From Takakia lepidozioides (lineage: Eukaryota > Plantae > Bryophyta), in contig CM060733.1 in assembly GCA_030704615.1 (NCBI GenBank), positions 45,756,001 through 45,820,000 on the forward strand: DNA of 64,000 nucleotides. The letters run 5' to 3'. Positions within the stretch are counted from its first letter, which is position 1. The number at the start of each line of letters is the position of its first letter. Below are positions 49,645 through 61,999 of this stretch, in pieces. The notes beneath the pieces were generated by a model that did not search any database, was not told the origin of the DNA, and saw only the letters and a list, made by a program, of their open reading frames with translations. A program made the translations under genes and the position numbers.

Positions 49645-51343
49645 TCATGATTTGTGGCACACCGCACCCATGGAAGGCCAGAGGAGCAGATTGGATTTGG
49701 GAGAAAACTTGAACTCCCTCAAGAACACAAATCCTGGTGCATTGGGCTTGAAGAGGTCGGGGTTGGCGCTGAGGGTCTCCGCCAGAGAGATGCATTGATT
49801 GTACACACCATCCATTTCACTTGCCCAAAAACTGATTTCGGTGCCATTTTTGGGCAGGAGGAAGGCTGGATAGACATATGAGATCTCACTCCCATCTGCG
49901 ATCAGGGTAATGTTGACTAGAGCCTGCAAGCCTTTGGAAGGTGAGCCGGTCACTTGTATGCGACCTCGCAGCACTTCAATGGTCTGGTTCAAATTCGGGC
50001 TAAGCATGGGTGCCGTGTGCTCACAGATGTAGACACCAGAGTACAAGGAAGAGATGATGTCAAAGTTCACCGCTTCGACCACAGGAATGAAGTCTGTAAG
50101 GATGCTAGTGGCGAGGTCAGAAGGGCTTGGTGTTCGGCCAGGCGGAAGTTAGCACGGCGATGCCGAGCTGCGTATCAGGGTGGAAGCCTATGAGCGATAC
50201 GTAGGTTCCGATGACTCCACCTTTGGTTATGAGGATGGAGGTGCTGTTGGAACTGGTGGTGGCTGCGAGGAGTTCCCAAGGGAGAGCGAAGCCAATTCCT
50301 TTGTTGTCTGGAAATAAGGTGTTGATGTGAATCCACTCGCGAACCGAAGCATCTGAAAGGAGGCGGGGGTCGGGCTTCATCAGAAACTGCAAAAACTTGG
50401 CCAGGTCAATGGCTGTAGAATACCTGCAAGATTCATAATCGACATCACATTTGTTTGTTAGCTCATCGAGTACAAGATCGTCTTGGGATTTTGATGAGTG
50501 ACAGCAAGGAATGAGACGAAATTGTGTTTGCAATGGTGGTATGTTACACGACTTCATCTCTCCGGCAGGTCCGAGCCATCCAATCCACGTATTTGCAGGA
50601 AAGCCACTGACATCGACTGGAGCCAACTTGACGTGATCCAAGTCCACACCCGTCCTGCTCATGTTTAGAGGAGTTAAGATCTCGTCTCGGACGAATTCGC
50701 TCCATGACTTTCGCGGAGAGGTCGCCTTCGCCCAGGCATGGCCCAGAATTGCAAATCCGAGGTTCGAGTACGCAGGCAGGTTGCTCCATGGAGGACGAAT
50801 CAGCTGCATATTTGCGATATATCGCAGAGACTGCGCCTCCGAGTAGGTCAAACAAGAAAAGTCCCCGCACAGCTCGCGGGGTAAACCAGAAACGTGGCCC
50901 ATCAATTCACGGAGGGTAATGTCGTGCTTGACATAGGGGTTTATGACACAGAAGTTTGGCAAAAACTTCTTCACGGGGTCGTCCAAAGACAGTACTCCTC
51001 GCTCTCGAAGGACCAGAGCTCCCATGGCAGTGAAAGCCTTGCTGATGGATCCAATTCGGAAGGGGGTGCTGGTGAGACCGGAACTATACACTATCTGGTT
51101 CCGGTGGACTACTGCGATCGAGGCAGCAGCATACTGAGTCTGTGCAAGGGCAGCAGGAATTGTCTTCTGCAGCTTCGTTAAAAACTCTGCGAAGGGGGCC
51201 GCAGAATAGTTATACTTCACCGAAGGTAAGATATCTGAAGGCACAAAGAGCGTCGGACACTCTCCCGCTCCCGCAGACATCCGGAGCCACAGACAAAAGC
51301 TCGATGCAAACCAAAGGACCGTTACAACACTTACGTGCTTCAT
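49645..51343 (-). pseudogene. Secreted beta-lactamase/serine-hydrolase family (class C/LACTBL1-like) gene with a +1 frameshift near 50140
   Basis: Signal-peptide-like N-terminus, FRIGSISK (SxxK), ITLRELMGHVSGL, YSNLGF (YxN), KGG. Intron remnant 50555-50424. The reading frame continues in another frame (SDLATSILTDFIPVVEAVNFD...). Confidence 0.8.
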
Positions 51344-51663
51344 ACTTCCCCAAGTGCTTGAGCAGATCCCTCTGAACCACGCTGCTATTTATTCATGTAC
51401 CTCACCGAAGGTAAGACATCTGAAGGCACAAAGAGCGTCGGACACTCTCCCGCTCCCGCAGACATCCGGAGCCACAGACAAAAGCTCGATGCAAACCAAA
51501 GGACCGTTACAACACTTACGTTCTTCATACTTCCCCAAGTGCTTGAGCAGATCCAAACCTCAATTGATTGAATCTACTTCTGAGATGCACAAGTGCTCGG
51601 TTTGCAAGACCAGTTTGCCTGATTGCAACTCTGAACCACGCTGCTATTTATTCATGTACCTCA
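51217..51663. repeat. Tandem duplication of the beta-lactamase 5' end and start region
   Basis: 51217-51369 is nearly identical to 51402-51554; CTCTGAACCACGCTGCTATTTATTCATGTACCTCA occurs at 51370 and 51629. Confidence 0.9.
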
Positions 51664-52739
51664 GGAGCTAACTTGTAGCGCACATCTTCATGCTCAATCC
51701 TTACTACCTGGTTTTTCAAAGTGGCTGTCTCGTGCCTTAGCATGAACTAGCTCGCAAACTTTATAGTGCGGCCCCTTGACTGCCTTCGGGTCTGTGGCAG
51801 GTCACAAACATTTTACCTCTTTTTGGACCAGGACTCCCAAGCTGTGATGCTCAAAACACGCTTAGGGTTTAGATTCGCCTTCCCCTTCGAGTGCGCCAGA
51901 ATCTGGGGATGGTAGCTTGGTAAAGCCAGCCACGCTATGAGGAAGGGTTCACAAAGCAGAGGATGTCGTCAGGTCGCCTGCCACAGCTCAGTCACGCACT
52001 GAACATACTCAGCTTCTCACATTCATCACAGAATCACCTCCATACACTCTCCTACACACCTCTGTGTACACCAAAATTGAGCAGCAAAATGACCTCCCAG
52101 ATTTCGTACTCTGGAAACCTTTAATTCACACTCCAGGTCATGTCCAAGTCACCGACACGCATGTCAAAGCCGTTGCAATCTAGAGTAGAATGTCAGAGTA
52201 GCTTGCAACGGCTCTCTGCATTACAACGGACGGTTTACGGGAAATCGGTTGACAATGTCGCAATAAACCTGCCAAAATGGTCGATCTCAAAATGTGAGCT
52301 AATTTCAGTCTGGCACGCGCGTACGTACTCTTAGAGGGATTGGAATTTGGAAATCAACAGCTCTCTAGATTTCATTAAATTAATCTTTCATGCTTCTAGA
52401 GAGAGACAAAGAAATATCTTACAGAAGTTGATTAAACGAGCAGGGAGATGGAGGCAGAATGGAATAGTGGGAACGATGTTGGTGGATCTGCCGTCTCCAC
52501 TGATGTGCAGCCTGCTGCTCCTCCCTCCATGCTCACTGATCTTTCTGTTCACTCCTTCTTGTGCGTATCGTTTCAGGAACAAGTTTCTCCACGGTAGGAT
52601 GTTGCCGTGTTGAACTTTCCAATTGGGATTCACAGTGGATCATACATGGAACGGTGTTCTGTGTTCCACAATGTAGTACTGATTGTTTACCCTGAATGCT
52701 GACATGTCCAGAGCATTTTGATCATCACTTATCCTAGTT

Positions 52740-55700
52740 CACTCTCAGTTGAAGTGGAGAGTTGTGGGTGGGGCTCTGGGATGGCGCTCCGCAGTTTGCG
52801 GTGAGTGCATCCAGGGACTTGGCCGCTTTCCCCTCCCCCTCCCTCAGCTGGAATGGGTCTGTCGATGCAGAAGACCATCCCGTTCCCCCTATCTCTCTCA
52901 CGATGCAGAAATCCATCCTGCTCCCCCCCAATCTCTCTCGCAAGTCAAGTTCCCCCCCTTCAGACGGTAAAATGAGCAAGTTCTGCTACGTTACCCCTGC
53001 CATCTCCCCCCCCGCGCTCTTTCTCAATGCGATGACGCAAAAAGAAAACCTAAAGCATATGCATAGATTTCATCTTCCAAGTTCATCTTCATGTGCCTCT
53101 CTTCTCAAGTCTTTCTTCATTCATAAGATCTATCAGAGTTCTTCCCATCCCCCCCGGCTTTCCAAGTTGGTTTAATGAGCCGGCACACTCACACACCCTC
53201 CCTCCGCCATTGTCTCAGGCACTTAAGCTCTTGTCGCTAATCGGTGGCTCCCCGAGCCCTGCAGTGGTCTGCACGATGCAACAGCTCTTAATGAGCCTTG
53301 AAAGAGTTGCAGTATGAAGACGCTGCCAAGCCATGCATTCTCTACAAGAAGGGAAGACTACTCTTCTTCAATTAACCCCTCCTTATCTACTGCATAGGCC
53401 AAGGATAGAGACGAGCTCATGATTTTTATCTCTAAATGTTGATGTTGATGCAATTCTCCATGCATTCAGCTGACTCAGCTATCTTTCATCTCTAACAGCT
53501 TGTCGCAATTGTTGTCTCTGTTCCACATCGTTCCCTCGCAAAATCCACAACTCTCCCACCCCTCCACCCGCTACCTCATCCCCCTCCTCCCTCCACTCTA
53601 ATTCTTAATCCCATTCTTGCACCTCGCGCCTGCTGTTTGCCTGAAGGGCCAATACGCCTGCTAATCACAGTTCTGTTGCGGCTGTCCCATGGATTCCAGA
53701 GGTCGTGGATCCAAGAAGGCGAGACGTGGAGGAGTGTCCGGAGGTTTGTCTCTAGCAGTGAAAGCCAAAAATCAGATTTGGACCAGGAAATCCTCCATGT
53801 TACAAGTCGATGTTGCCTCCATCCTAGGAAATGGCCCCTCAGCCTCTGCCCCTTCACCCTCACCAATGATGACTGAGAACGCATGGGAGGACACAACGGT
53901 GCAAGAAGACAAGGAGCAACTTGTCCCAATATTATCATTCTGCAATAACATAATTTGAATCAACCAAAAATAGCTTCCCTTGGTGCCTCCATTTGGCCTG
54001 CGGCCACAGCCTTCTGGAATCCCACCATCTCGGATTCCAGAGGGGGCACAACAATCCTTGCTTCCCCCTCCTTACAACAATCCATTGTCTCCCATGAGAT
54101 TTGGTTGCAAGGCAGAGAGCAGCTTCTTGTCTTGAACATTGGTCAATCTTTGGGGGAGGTGGGTTTTATAAACATATATGCTCCGAATGGGGAGGAAGAC
54201 AGGATAGACCTCTAGAACCATATCAGAAATAACATGCAGCAGCGCCATCATCTCCAGCACTGGCTGGTAGGCGGCGACTTCAATATGGTGGAGGAAAAAA
54301 AAGACAGGCTTGGGAGATTGGTGCATGGTCTCTCCATGGCAGAAAAAAACACCTGGGACGCCATGTGCTTGTTAGTGGGGCTGCTCAACGCTTCGTCTCC
54401 AGGCCAGGGCGAATTGAAATTCACATGGTCGAACAACAGGGACCCCCCTCACTTGTGCCACGCTCGGTTGGACAGATTTTATTGCTCATACACTTTGAAG
54501 TCTTGGTCAACCAGTGTCCCGTTGCAACCCATCCTCCCGGAGTTTGACCATGCCATGGTGCAGCTGATGCTCAACACTCCCGGGTCCAGGGTGAGAGGCA
54601 GGGGTTTTTTCAAGCTAAACCCCATCATGTTGCAGGACCCCTTCATCATACAGACCCTTCAGAATGCCTGGGAATCAGCTTCCACCCAACTAGCCTCGCC
54701 CACTGCCAAATTTTTGGCGAAGATAGAAATGTTAAGAGACCTTTGTAAAGTTATTTCAAGGGAGAAGGCAGAAGACAATACTAGAAGGCAAAAGGCTCTG
54801 ACTAAGTGCTTGAAGGTCTACCAGTTTAAGCTGCAGTCGGGTCTGGAGGGAGCGCACACCATAACTGCATACAAGGATGCCAAGAGAAATCTCACCTTGT
54901 TACATGCCAAGGAGCAATTCTCCAGAGTCAAAGCCTCAGTCAATTGGAGTCTCAAAGAGGAAAAGATGAATAGATATTTCTTTGTCAAGGCTGTGCAGCG
55001 GAGAGCTGCCACAATGGTCCCAGCTTTGCGAGATGCAGATGGACATTTGGGCCAAAAATCATGGCAGAAGTGGCAGCCTCATATTTTCAAGCTCTGTTTC
55101 AAAGGCAGGATGCTTCGCAGCAGAAACAAGATGCAACAGTGGTCATGCTGCACCACATCCCCTGCTCGATCTCTCAACTGGACAAATCAAATCTGGCGGC
55201 ACCCCCCCCCCCCCGTCAGTGTATGAATTGGGGCAGGCGGTCAACTCTGTGGCATCCCAAAAATCGCCATGATTGGATGGTCTCCCAATTGAACTTTTTA
55301 AAGCACTATGGCAAACAATTGGGGAGGACTTCCTCCTTATGGCAAATGATATTATGGAAAAAAAGATAATGCCCTCGCAGATGGCGGAAGGTCTCATTAC
55401 TCTAATCTTTAGAAAGGAGATAGAGAAGATATGGCCAACTACCGACCAATCACTTTGCTAAACTCAACTTACAAGATTATCGCAAAGACCCTGGTCTTGA
55501 GGTTGCAGCCCCTCCTGCCGAAAATTATTAGGAGGGAGCAGACTGGTTTTCTCAAAGATCGCATGATCTTAGACAACATCATGCTGGCCCATGAGGCCCT
55601 TCATAGAGCAGAAATAAACAGCCAGCCACTGGCCTTCTTAAATGTTGGATTTTGAAAAGGCCTTTGACTCCATTGATTGGACCTTTTTGGAAAGGGCTAT

Positions 55701-56240
55701 GGAGAAATCGGGGCTGGGGGGGCCTTTCCTGACATGGGTCCATATCCTCTTGCATGCAGCGTCCAGCAAGGTCATGGTTAATGGGGTTATATCTAAGCCC
55801 TTCCACATTTCCAGATCGGTGCGGCAGGGTTGCCCCCTGGCACCCTTCCTCTTCCTCATAGCGGCGGACTCGCTGGGTCATATGTTACACTACAGGCAAG
55901 ACATTATTGGCCTTCACTTGCCCACGCTGACCCCGGAGATGCTGAAACTCTCAATGTACGCAGATGACACTACTCTATTGCTGGACAACTCCACAAAGGC
56001 CAACATTGACAAGGCACTCCAAATTCTCCACACCTTTCTGGGCTCAAGGTCAATTGGAAAAAATCCATGGGCATCTTGTCCAAGCTGCATAATGGAGCAA
56101 CAACAACCCATTATTAGCCATGGGGGGGCAGATATAGGACTTGGGTGGCTGCAAGACGGCCGAACACACAAGCTGCTGGGGCATCAAGTAGGCTTGAACA
56201 TGTCAAATCATGACCGCTTCAAGGATGTGCTTGCAAGGCT
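52740..56240 (+). mobile_element. Degenerate L1-clade LINE retrotransposon (APE endonuclease + RT ORF2; ORF1 region unclear), 3' part cut off by an insertion
   Basis: INIYAPN, GGDFN, FTWSN, ARLDRFY, NYRPITLLNSTYKIIAK, LDFEKAFD, VRQGCPLAP, YADD; several frameshifts and stops; 5' boundary approximate. Confidence 0.92.
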
Positions 56241-56424
56241 GACGCGACCAACGTCACGTCAGTTTTGCCGAAAAATCAGTAAAACATGAGTTAGGTTAAA
56301 AATATGTCACGTAGGTGGATATATTGTATTCTAAGCGACACCTTGGCAAATGAATGAATTGTTTTATAAATTACTCCACCGCCAATATTTGAGGTCATTT
56401 TTAAATCATTATTGTTAAATTGGT

Positions 56425-56985
56425 GCGACCTCTAAATGGTGGTGGTCGCAAAATTTATCTTATTTTTTAATAGTTGCGACCACCAGCAGAGGGGTTGTCG
56501 CAGCATTTTTGTTTTTTTAAAATAGATGTGACCACCAGCAGGGGTGGTCGCATTTCTTTTCTTTTCTTAAACAGTTGCGACCACCGCTAGTGGTGGTCGC
56601 ACAATTTTTATTTTATTTGTAATAGGTGCGACCACCATCAGGGGGGTGGTCGCAACATTTTTTTATTTTTTAATATTTGCGACCACTAGCATGGGGGTGG
56701 TCGCAACATTTTTCTGTTTTTTAATAGATGCGACCACCAGCAGGGGGTGGTCGCAGAAATTTTCTGATTTTTATTTATTTATTTTTTAATAATAATCTCT
56801 GTGACCACGAGCATGGGGATGGTCGTAGCATTTTTCTTTTTTTTAATAGGTGCGACCACCAGCAGGGGGGTGGTCGCAGCAGTTTTCTGTTTTTTAATAT
56901 CTACGACCACCAGCATAAGGGTGGTCGCAGCAGTTTTTTCTTAAAAATAACATGCAACTTCCTCGTGCGATCTAGAGCGGTCGCA
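56425..56985 (+). repeat. Array of ~11 hairpin units GCGACCACCAGCAGGGGGTGGTCGC separated by A/T-rich spacers, ~50-bp period
   Basis: Direct reading; left subterminal array. Confidence 0.9.
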
Positions 56986-57328
56986 TCATTGGATTCTGAT
57001 TCGTCGAGCGTGTGAGGCTTGGAGGCTGGAGGGTATAGAAGGTGGTCACAATGCCCCTCACTTCTTTTGTGGCAAACACTTTTGTGGCGAGTGAATGTTC
57101 TCTATTCCTTGAGCAAGAGTGTAATCCCAAGAGGAGAGTGCAGACCGTTTGCTATTGTGGCTTCCACCAAAGCCACTGCAGCAAATTGTCGAAAAGCACA
57201 ATATTACATGGTGCATTGATCCACTTGGATTGATGCCCTAGTGTTGGGCCATCGCATTATGTTCTAACTTCTATTGCTTTTGACAAATCTACCAAGTACA
57301 CTAGTGTTCTTCGTTCAACCTTAAGTCT

Positions 57329-60037
57329 GTGGTTAGGGTTTTGGATGTGAGGATGAGGGAGGAGTGGATTCCTTGGTTCACCGTAGACCCGCACAAAAAG
57401 GACGGTGTTCAATACAATCTCTGTGCATTGAAGCTGGCGAGTCGCAAAGATCGCATGTTATATCACATCGGCTACAGAGATGGGAAGAATGCAAGGGTTA
57501 GTTTGTGCCCAAAAGCCTCCATGCGAGTGAAAACCCACTTTGCCCAATGTGGAGGCAATATCCCACCATCTCTTGATGTGGCCGCGGCTTCTAAGCCAAA
57601 CACTCCATGTTCGAATCAAAATGTCCCTCAGAGTTGTACCCAGGGGGGTTCTTGCGAGGTGTCTGTTGTTCGTGGAGAAGCCGGTGGGTCAGGAGCAACA
57701 CCCTATTGTACGCCAACACTTGTACAGACCAGACCATTGAGGCAACAATCAATGCAAGAAAGGCTTAAATTTGTCACACATGAGGACTCTGGATAAGAAG
57801 TGGGCCCAATTTTTCTACGAGGCCAATATTCCGTTCAATGTCTCGAGGCTTCCTGCGTTTGTGGATGTTGTCAAAGCCACGTCCGATTCCAAGTCCACAT
57901 ACACACCTCCGAGTTATCGCGATCTCCGCACAGGATTGCTAGAAGAAGTTATGTCTGACCTCACCCAAAAGGTGAATGAAAATACAGGTGATTCTCTCCG
58001 AAAATATGGAAGCACTATATGTGCGGACGGTTGGAGTTCTGTTACTAATCGACCACTGTTCAATGTCATGCTGGTCTGTCCTACGGACGAACAATTTTTG
58101 GGATCCGTTGACACAAGCGGGGAGAGAAAAGATGCACGTTATCAAGCAGGGTTGTTGACGAGTTTCATCGATAAAATTGGAGCTGATAAAATTGTCCAAG
58201 TGTACATGAACAATGCATCTAGCATGGTTAATATGGCCGATATTTTGATGGTACGATATCCCCATCTATATTACCAAGGGTGTGTTGTTCATGTCTTTGA
58301 TCTCTTTTTGGAAGATTGGGGAAAAGAATCATGGATGAAACAACTAGTAAAAACGGTAAAGTCGGTTGTGACGTTCATTCGTACACATCACATCCCTCTG
58401 GCATTGTTTAGAAAGCAGGAACCCAAATACAGCCTTAGGAACCCGGGTGAAACCCGCTTTGCCACAAACTTTTTGATGGTGGATCGACTGGTGACTGTGA
58501 GGGCGGGTCTGGAGCAGGTGATTATTGACCCTCAATGGGATGCGTATGTGGGCACCTTACGCGACTCTCATAAGTCCAAGTCTTTGAGCAAAAATCGGAG
58601 GGTCCGCGCAATCATTCGCTCTGACGATTTCTAGGCAAAATGTTCAAATTTTGTATACATGGTGGAGCCGGTGTTGATTGCATTGCGGGAGTTTGATGGA
58701 AAACAACCAATAATGGGTAAAGCATGGTTGATATTGGTGTGCTCCACTGGGGGAAATGGGTCCGCAATTGGGATGATACCATGTCGCAGTTCATCAACAA
58801 CAAGGTCATCGAAGGATGGATGCATTGCAGCATCATCGTCATTAAATTCATATGGGTCATGTAGAGGATTGCCCACATCATCGGGCCCATCCCAACCGTC
58901 GGAGTTGGAGTCCCTCGCGGCGTCGGTGTCATCATTGCTGCTAGATTGGACCTCTGAGGCAGATTCTTCATACAACAGATTTTTCTCGTACCATGCAGAT
59001 GCGTCACTTGCTGTCCTCTCTCACAGTAGCCTACAATTCGTGTGGACATAAACCAATTTGTCAGCCCTGGCAAGATTCAACCTGTTGTGAATCTTGTTGT
59101 GAACAAACGAGTAACTGCTTCAATTCCGCTTACATGATGAGGCAGAGCACACTTGAGCAAGAATATGCTTTGCAATGGGAGCTAATGTTCTTGCTTCACC
59201 TCCAATCAGATCCCACCATTCATGTGGCAACATGTTCATTGTTTTTAGATCCGGCATGTCATGGAAAGGATTCTGGCGATCCGAGAAGCACTGGTACTCG
59301 GACAAAGCTCGCTCTGCCATGTTCAAGGGCACGAGTTGCATGATGACCCGTACAAGCCCGGCTTTGGCATCCACATCGTCTCTCAAATCCGTATTGTCCA
59401 GCAAGAATGGATTCAGCAAGGCCCCCACATAATACAAGTCCATGCGAACCATCCGTTTGCGGTCGTAAAATGCATCCTCGGTCCTTGCCGTCAAATCGTG
59501 GTCCATAGAAAATGGAGGACGCCTCAAGGATTGCACATGCTTCTCAACAATGAAGTTGAGGTCAACTCTCTTCCACCACGAGTTCCACGGACTGCGGGAG
59601 ATATGCAGGTCGAATCGTCGAATGATGACAACTGGCCGTTATCATTCCTTCACCGACATCGTGCCCCTGTGAACCGTGCTTCATCTCACGCCGCTCCATC
59701 TCATGTTTCTCTTTCTCAAGTCAGTCTATCCCATGCTGGTCCATCTAGTCTCTCTCCCCCTCATGTAATTCCTTCCATCGCTACTCCGATCTTGGGAGAT
59801 GTTTCTTCTGTTGTGGGACTTCTGCAAGTCGAACCATCGGATGACGACGACTTGCCACGGTCGTTTCATCTGGCCCGACGACGTCCACATGTGAACCGTG
59901 CTCCCTCGACCCTCGCTGGTCCATCTCATGCCCCTTCCTCTCATGTCAGCCCCTCTGATGTACGTGCGAGTAGCCTTCTTCATACGAGACTTGCTCCAAG
60001 GCCACCACGAAATCCGAGACAAGCCCAGAAACGGTAG
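57329..60037 (+). mobile_element. hAT transposase pseudogene (degenerate BED finger, DUF659-type core, dimerisation domain), segment 58733-59551 inverted
   Basis: WAQFFYEANIPF, ICADGWS, CVVHVFDL, ETRFATNFLM on +; WWDLIG..LAPIAKHILAQVCSASSCKRN and NRL..ARADKLVYVHTN on -. Confidence 0.92.
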
Positions 60038-60659
60038 AGAATTGTGCAACCTTTTGTTGGTGACCGACCTGTGAACAGACCTGATACCCCAGATGGTATT
60101 CATGATAGGAGTGGAAATCGACCAGAGAGACAACTGAACGTACTCCAAGGACGACTACAGGTCCAACGGCCAGTTGCTTCTGAAAACGAAAGAACAGGTG
60201 GAGATCATGATTCTAGCACTGATCATGGGAACGGGGGTGAAGTGAGTGGGGAAGATGATTTTGTACTAGGCGTGAGATCATACCATCGTCCTCGTGCTAG
60301 ACGGAACTAGGTACAGCTATAACTTCTGTCACATGATGTGTAGTATGTTTCCATGGATATCCATGTTTCAGTTTGGGTACATGTATACGTGTACGGAAAT
60401 AAAAATGGTGGAATATGTGTACCCAAGAAAGGGTTTGGTGGTTGTGCGTGTGTTTGTGTTTCGTCATTACCTTTACATTGTTGATTTCCTATTATGGTTT
60501 CGAAAACCACAAAGGTTAGGTGCAGCTCCCAAATTCATCTTCCCCTTCACAAATCCATGGGGAATCGATACATGTGTTTTTCATCTGCCTCTCCAAACAT
60601 ACATACAGGTGCAGGGGGACCAACCTCCTGGTGGTTGCACCTATTTTAAAAAAAACAAT

Positions 60660-61214
60660 TGTGTGACCACCAGTAGCGGTCGTCACAACTATTAAAATAA
60701 AAGAAAAATATTGCGACCACCCCCCTGCTGGTAGTCGCACCTACGTACTGATTTAAATAGGTAGTAAGTTAGTACATAGTAAGAGTGGGGGGGTCCTTTA
60801 TATAGCCTCTCAGGGCGGTGGGACCTTTCTGGAAGCCCGCCAACCCTGGGAGCCTTCTAGAAGGCCCTGGACACATGTCAACCCTACATGACTCCCTATT
60901 CTAAATTTAGCCAATTCCTCCATTCTTTTTTTGGACCCCCTCATCTCATTCCTTAATACACGTGGCCTTCCTACATAGGCGCCCCACTCTAATTCATGGG
61001 TCACAGTATTTCCTGGACCACTTTAAAATCAGGGCCCGAATGAAACTGCTCTACATATTATTCGCACCTATTTAACAAAAAGAAAATGGTCTGACCACCC
61101 CCCTGCTGGTGGTCGCAGCTATTTAAAAATAGAAAATTATGCGACCACCCCCTTGCTGGTGTCGCCCCTAAAAAAAAATGGTGCGACCACCCCCCTGCTG
61201 GTGGTCGCAGATAT

Positions 61215-61263
<49 letters not shown>

Positions 61264-61745
61264 CCACCCCCCTGCGAGGACCCCCCTGCTGGTGGTCGCA
61301 CCTTTAAAAACAAATGGTGCGACCACCCCCCTGCTGGTGGTCGCAGATTTTTTATTTTTTATTATATTATATTATATTATTTCCAGAAACACCTGGGAGC
61401 GACAACTCACAAATCAGGCCCCTTAGTAGTGAGAGGAGAAAATAACCTCTTTCATTTATGCGCCATGAGGTGTAGGAATGGGGCACCACCCACGAACCAT
61501 ACCACACCCATCAAGTAGTAAGATTTGACCCAAAATCGTCCGGGTCGCACTCAGTGCACTTAACCAACCGAGCTACTGACTGTTGGTAGATATTAAAAAA
61601 TCGGAAAATTATGCGACCACCCCCCTACGACCACCCCCCTGCTGGTGGTCGCGCCTATTAAAAAAAAGAAAAATTATGCGACCACCCCCTGGCTGGTAGT
61701 CGCACCTATTAAAATAAATAAATAATCTGCGACCAACCCTTGGTT
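60660..61745 (-). repeat. Reverse-orientation copies of the same hairpin unit (GCGACCACCCCCTGCTGGTGGTCGC), ~10 copies, including a (TA)n(TG)n microsatellite at ~61216-61262
   Basis: Direct reading. Confidence 0.88.
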
Positions 61746-61999
61746 GGGTGGGGGGGTATTTTGGGCCGTTGGTTTCTACGAAATCGATGCTGAGTACCTC
61801 CCGGGAAACCCTCCTCTGGCACACACGTTTTTTTCATTGCACATTGCGTCATATCACTTAGAACTGCGGAGGGAGTGACACGTGCTTCTAGTACTTGGGG
61901 AGGATTCATTAGGGAGTAGGATTAGGTACGATTTAGGAAGGTTGGGAGAGCATTTTTCTTAGCAAACACCTGTCGCGTAGGGGTAAGCCAGAGCCATAA

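Noticed and set aside
56425-56985. CRISPR-like repeat-spacer appearance
   Set aside because: Spacers are similar low-complexity A/T runs, the repeats are degenerate, no cas genes are present and the context is a eukaryotic TE.
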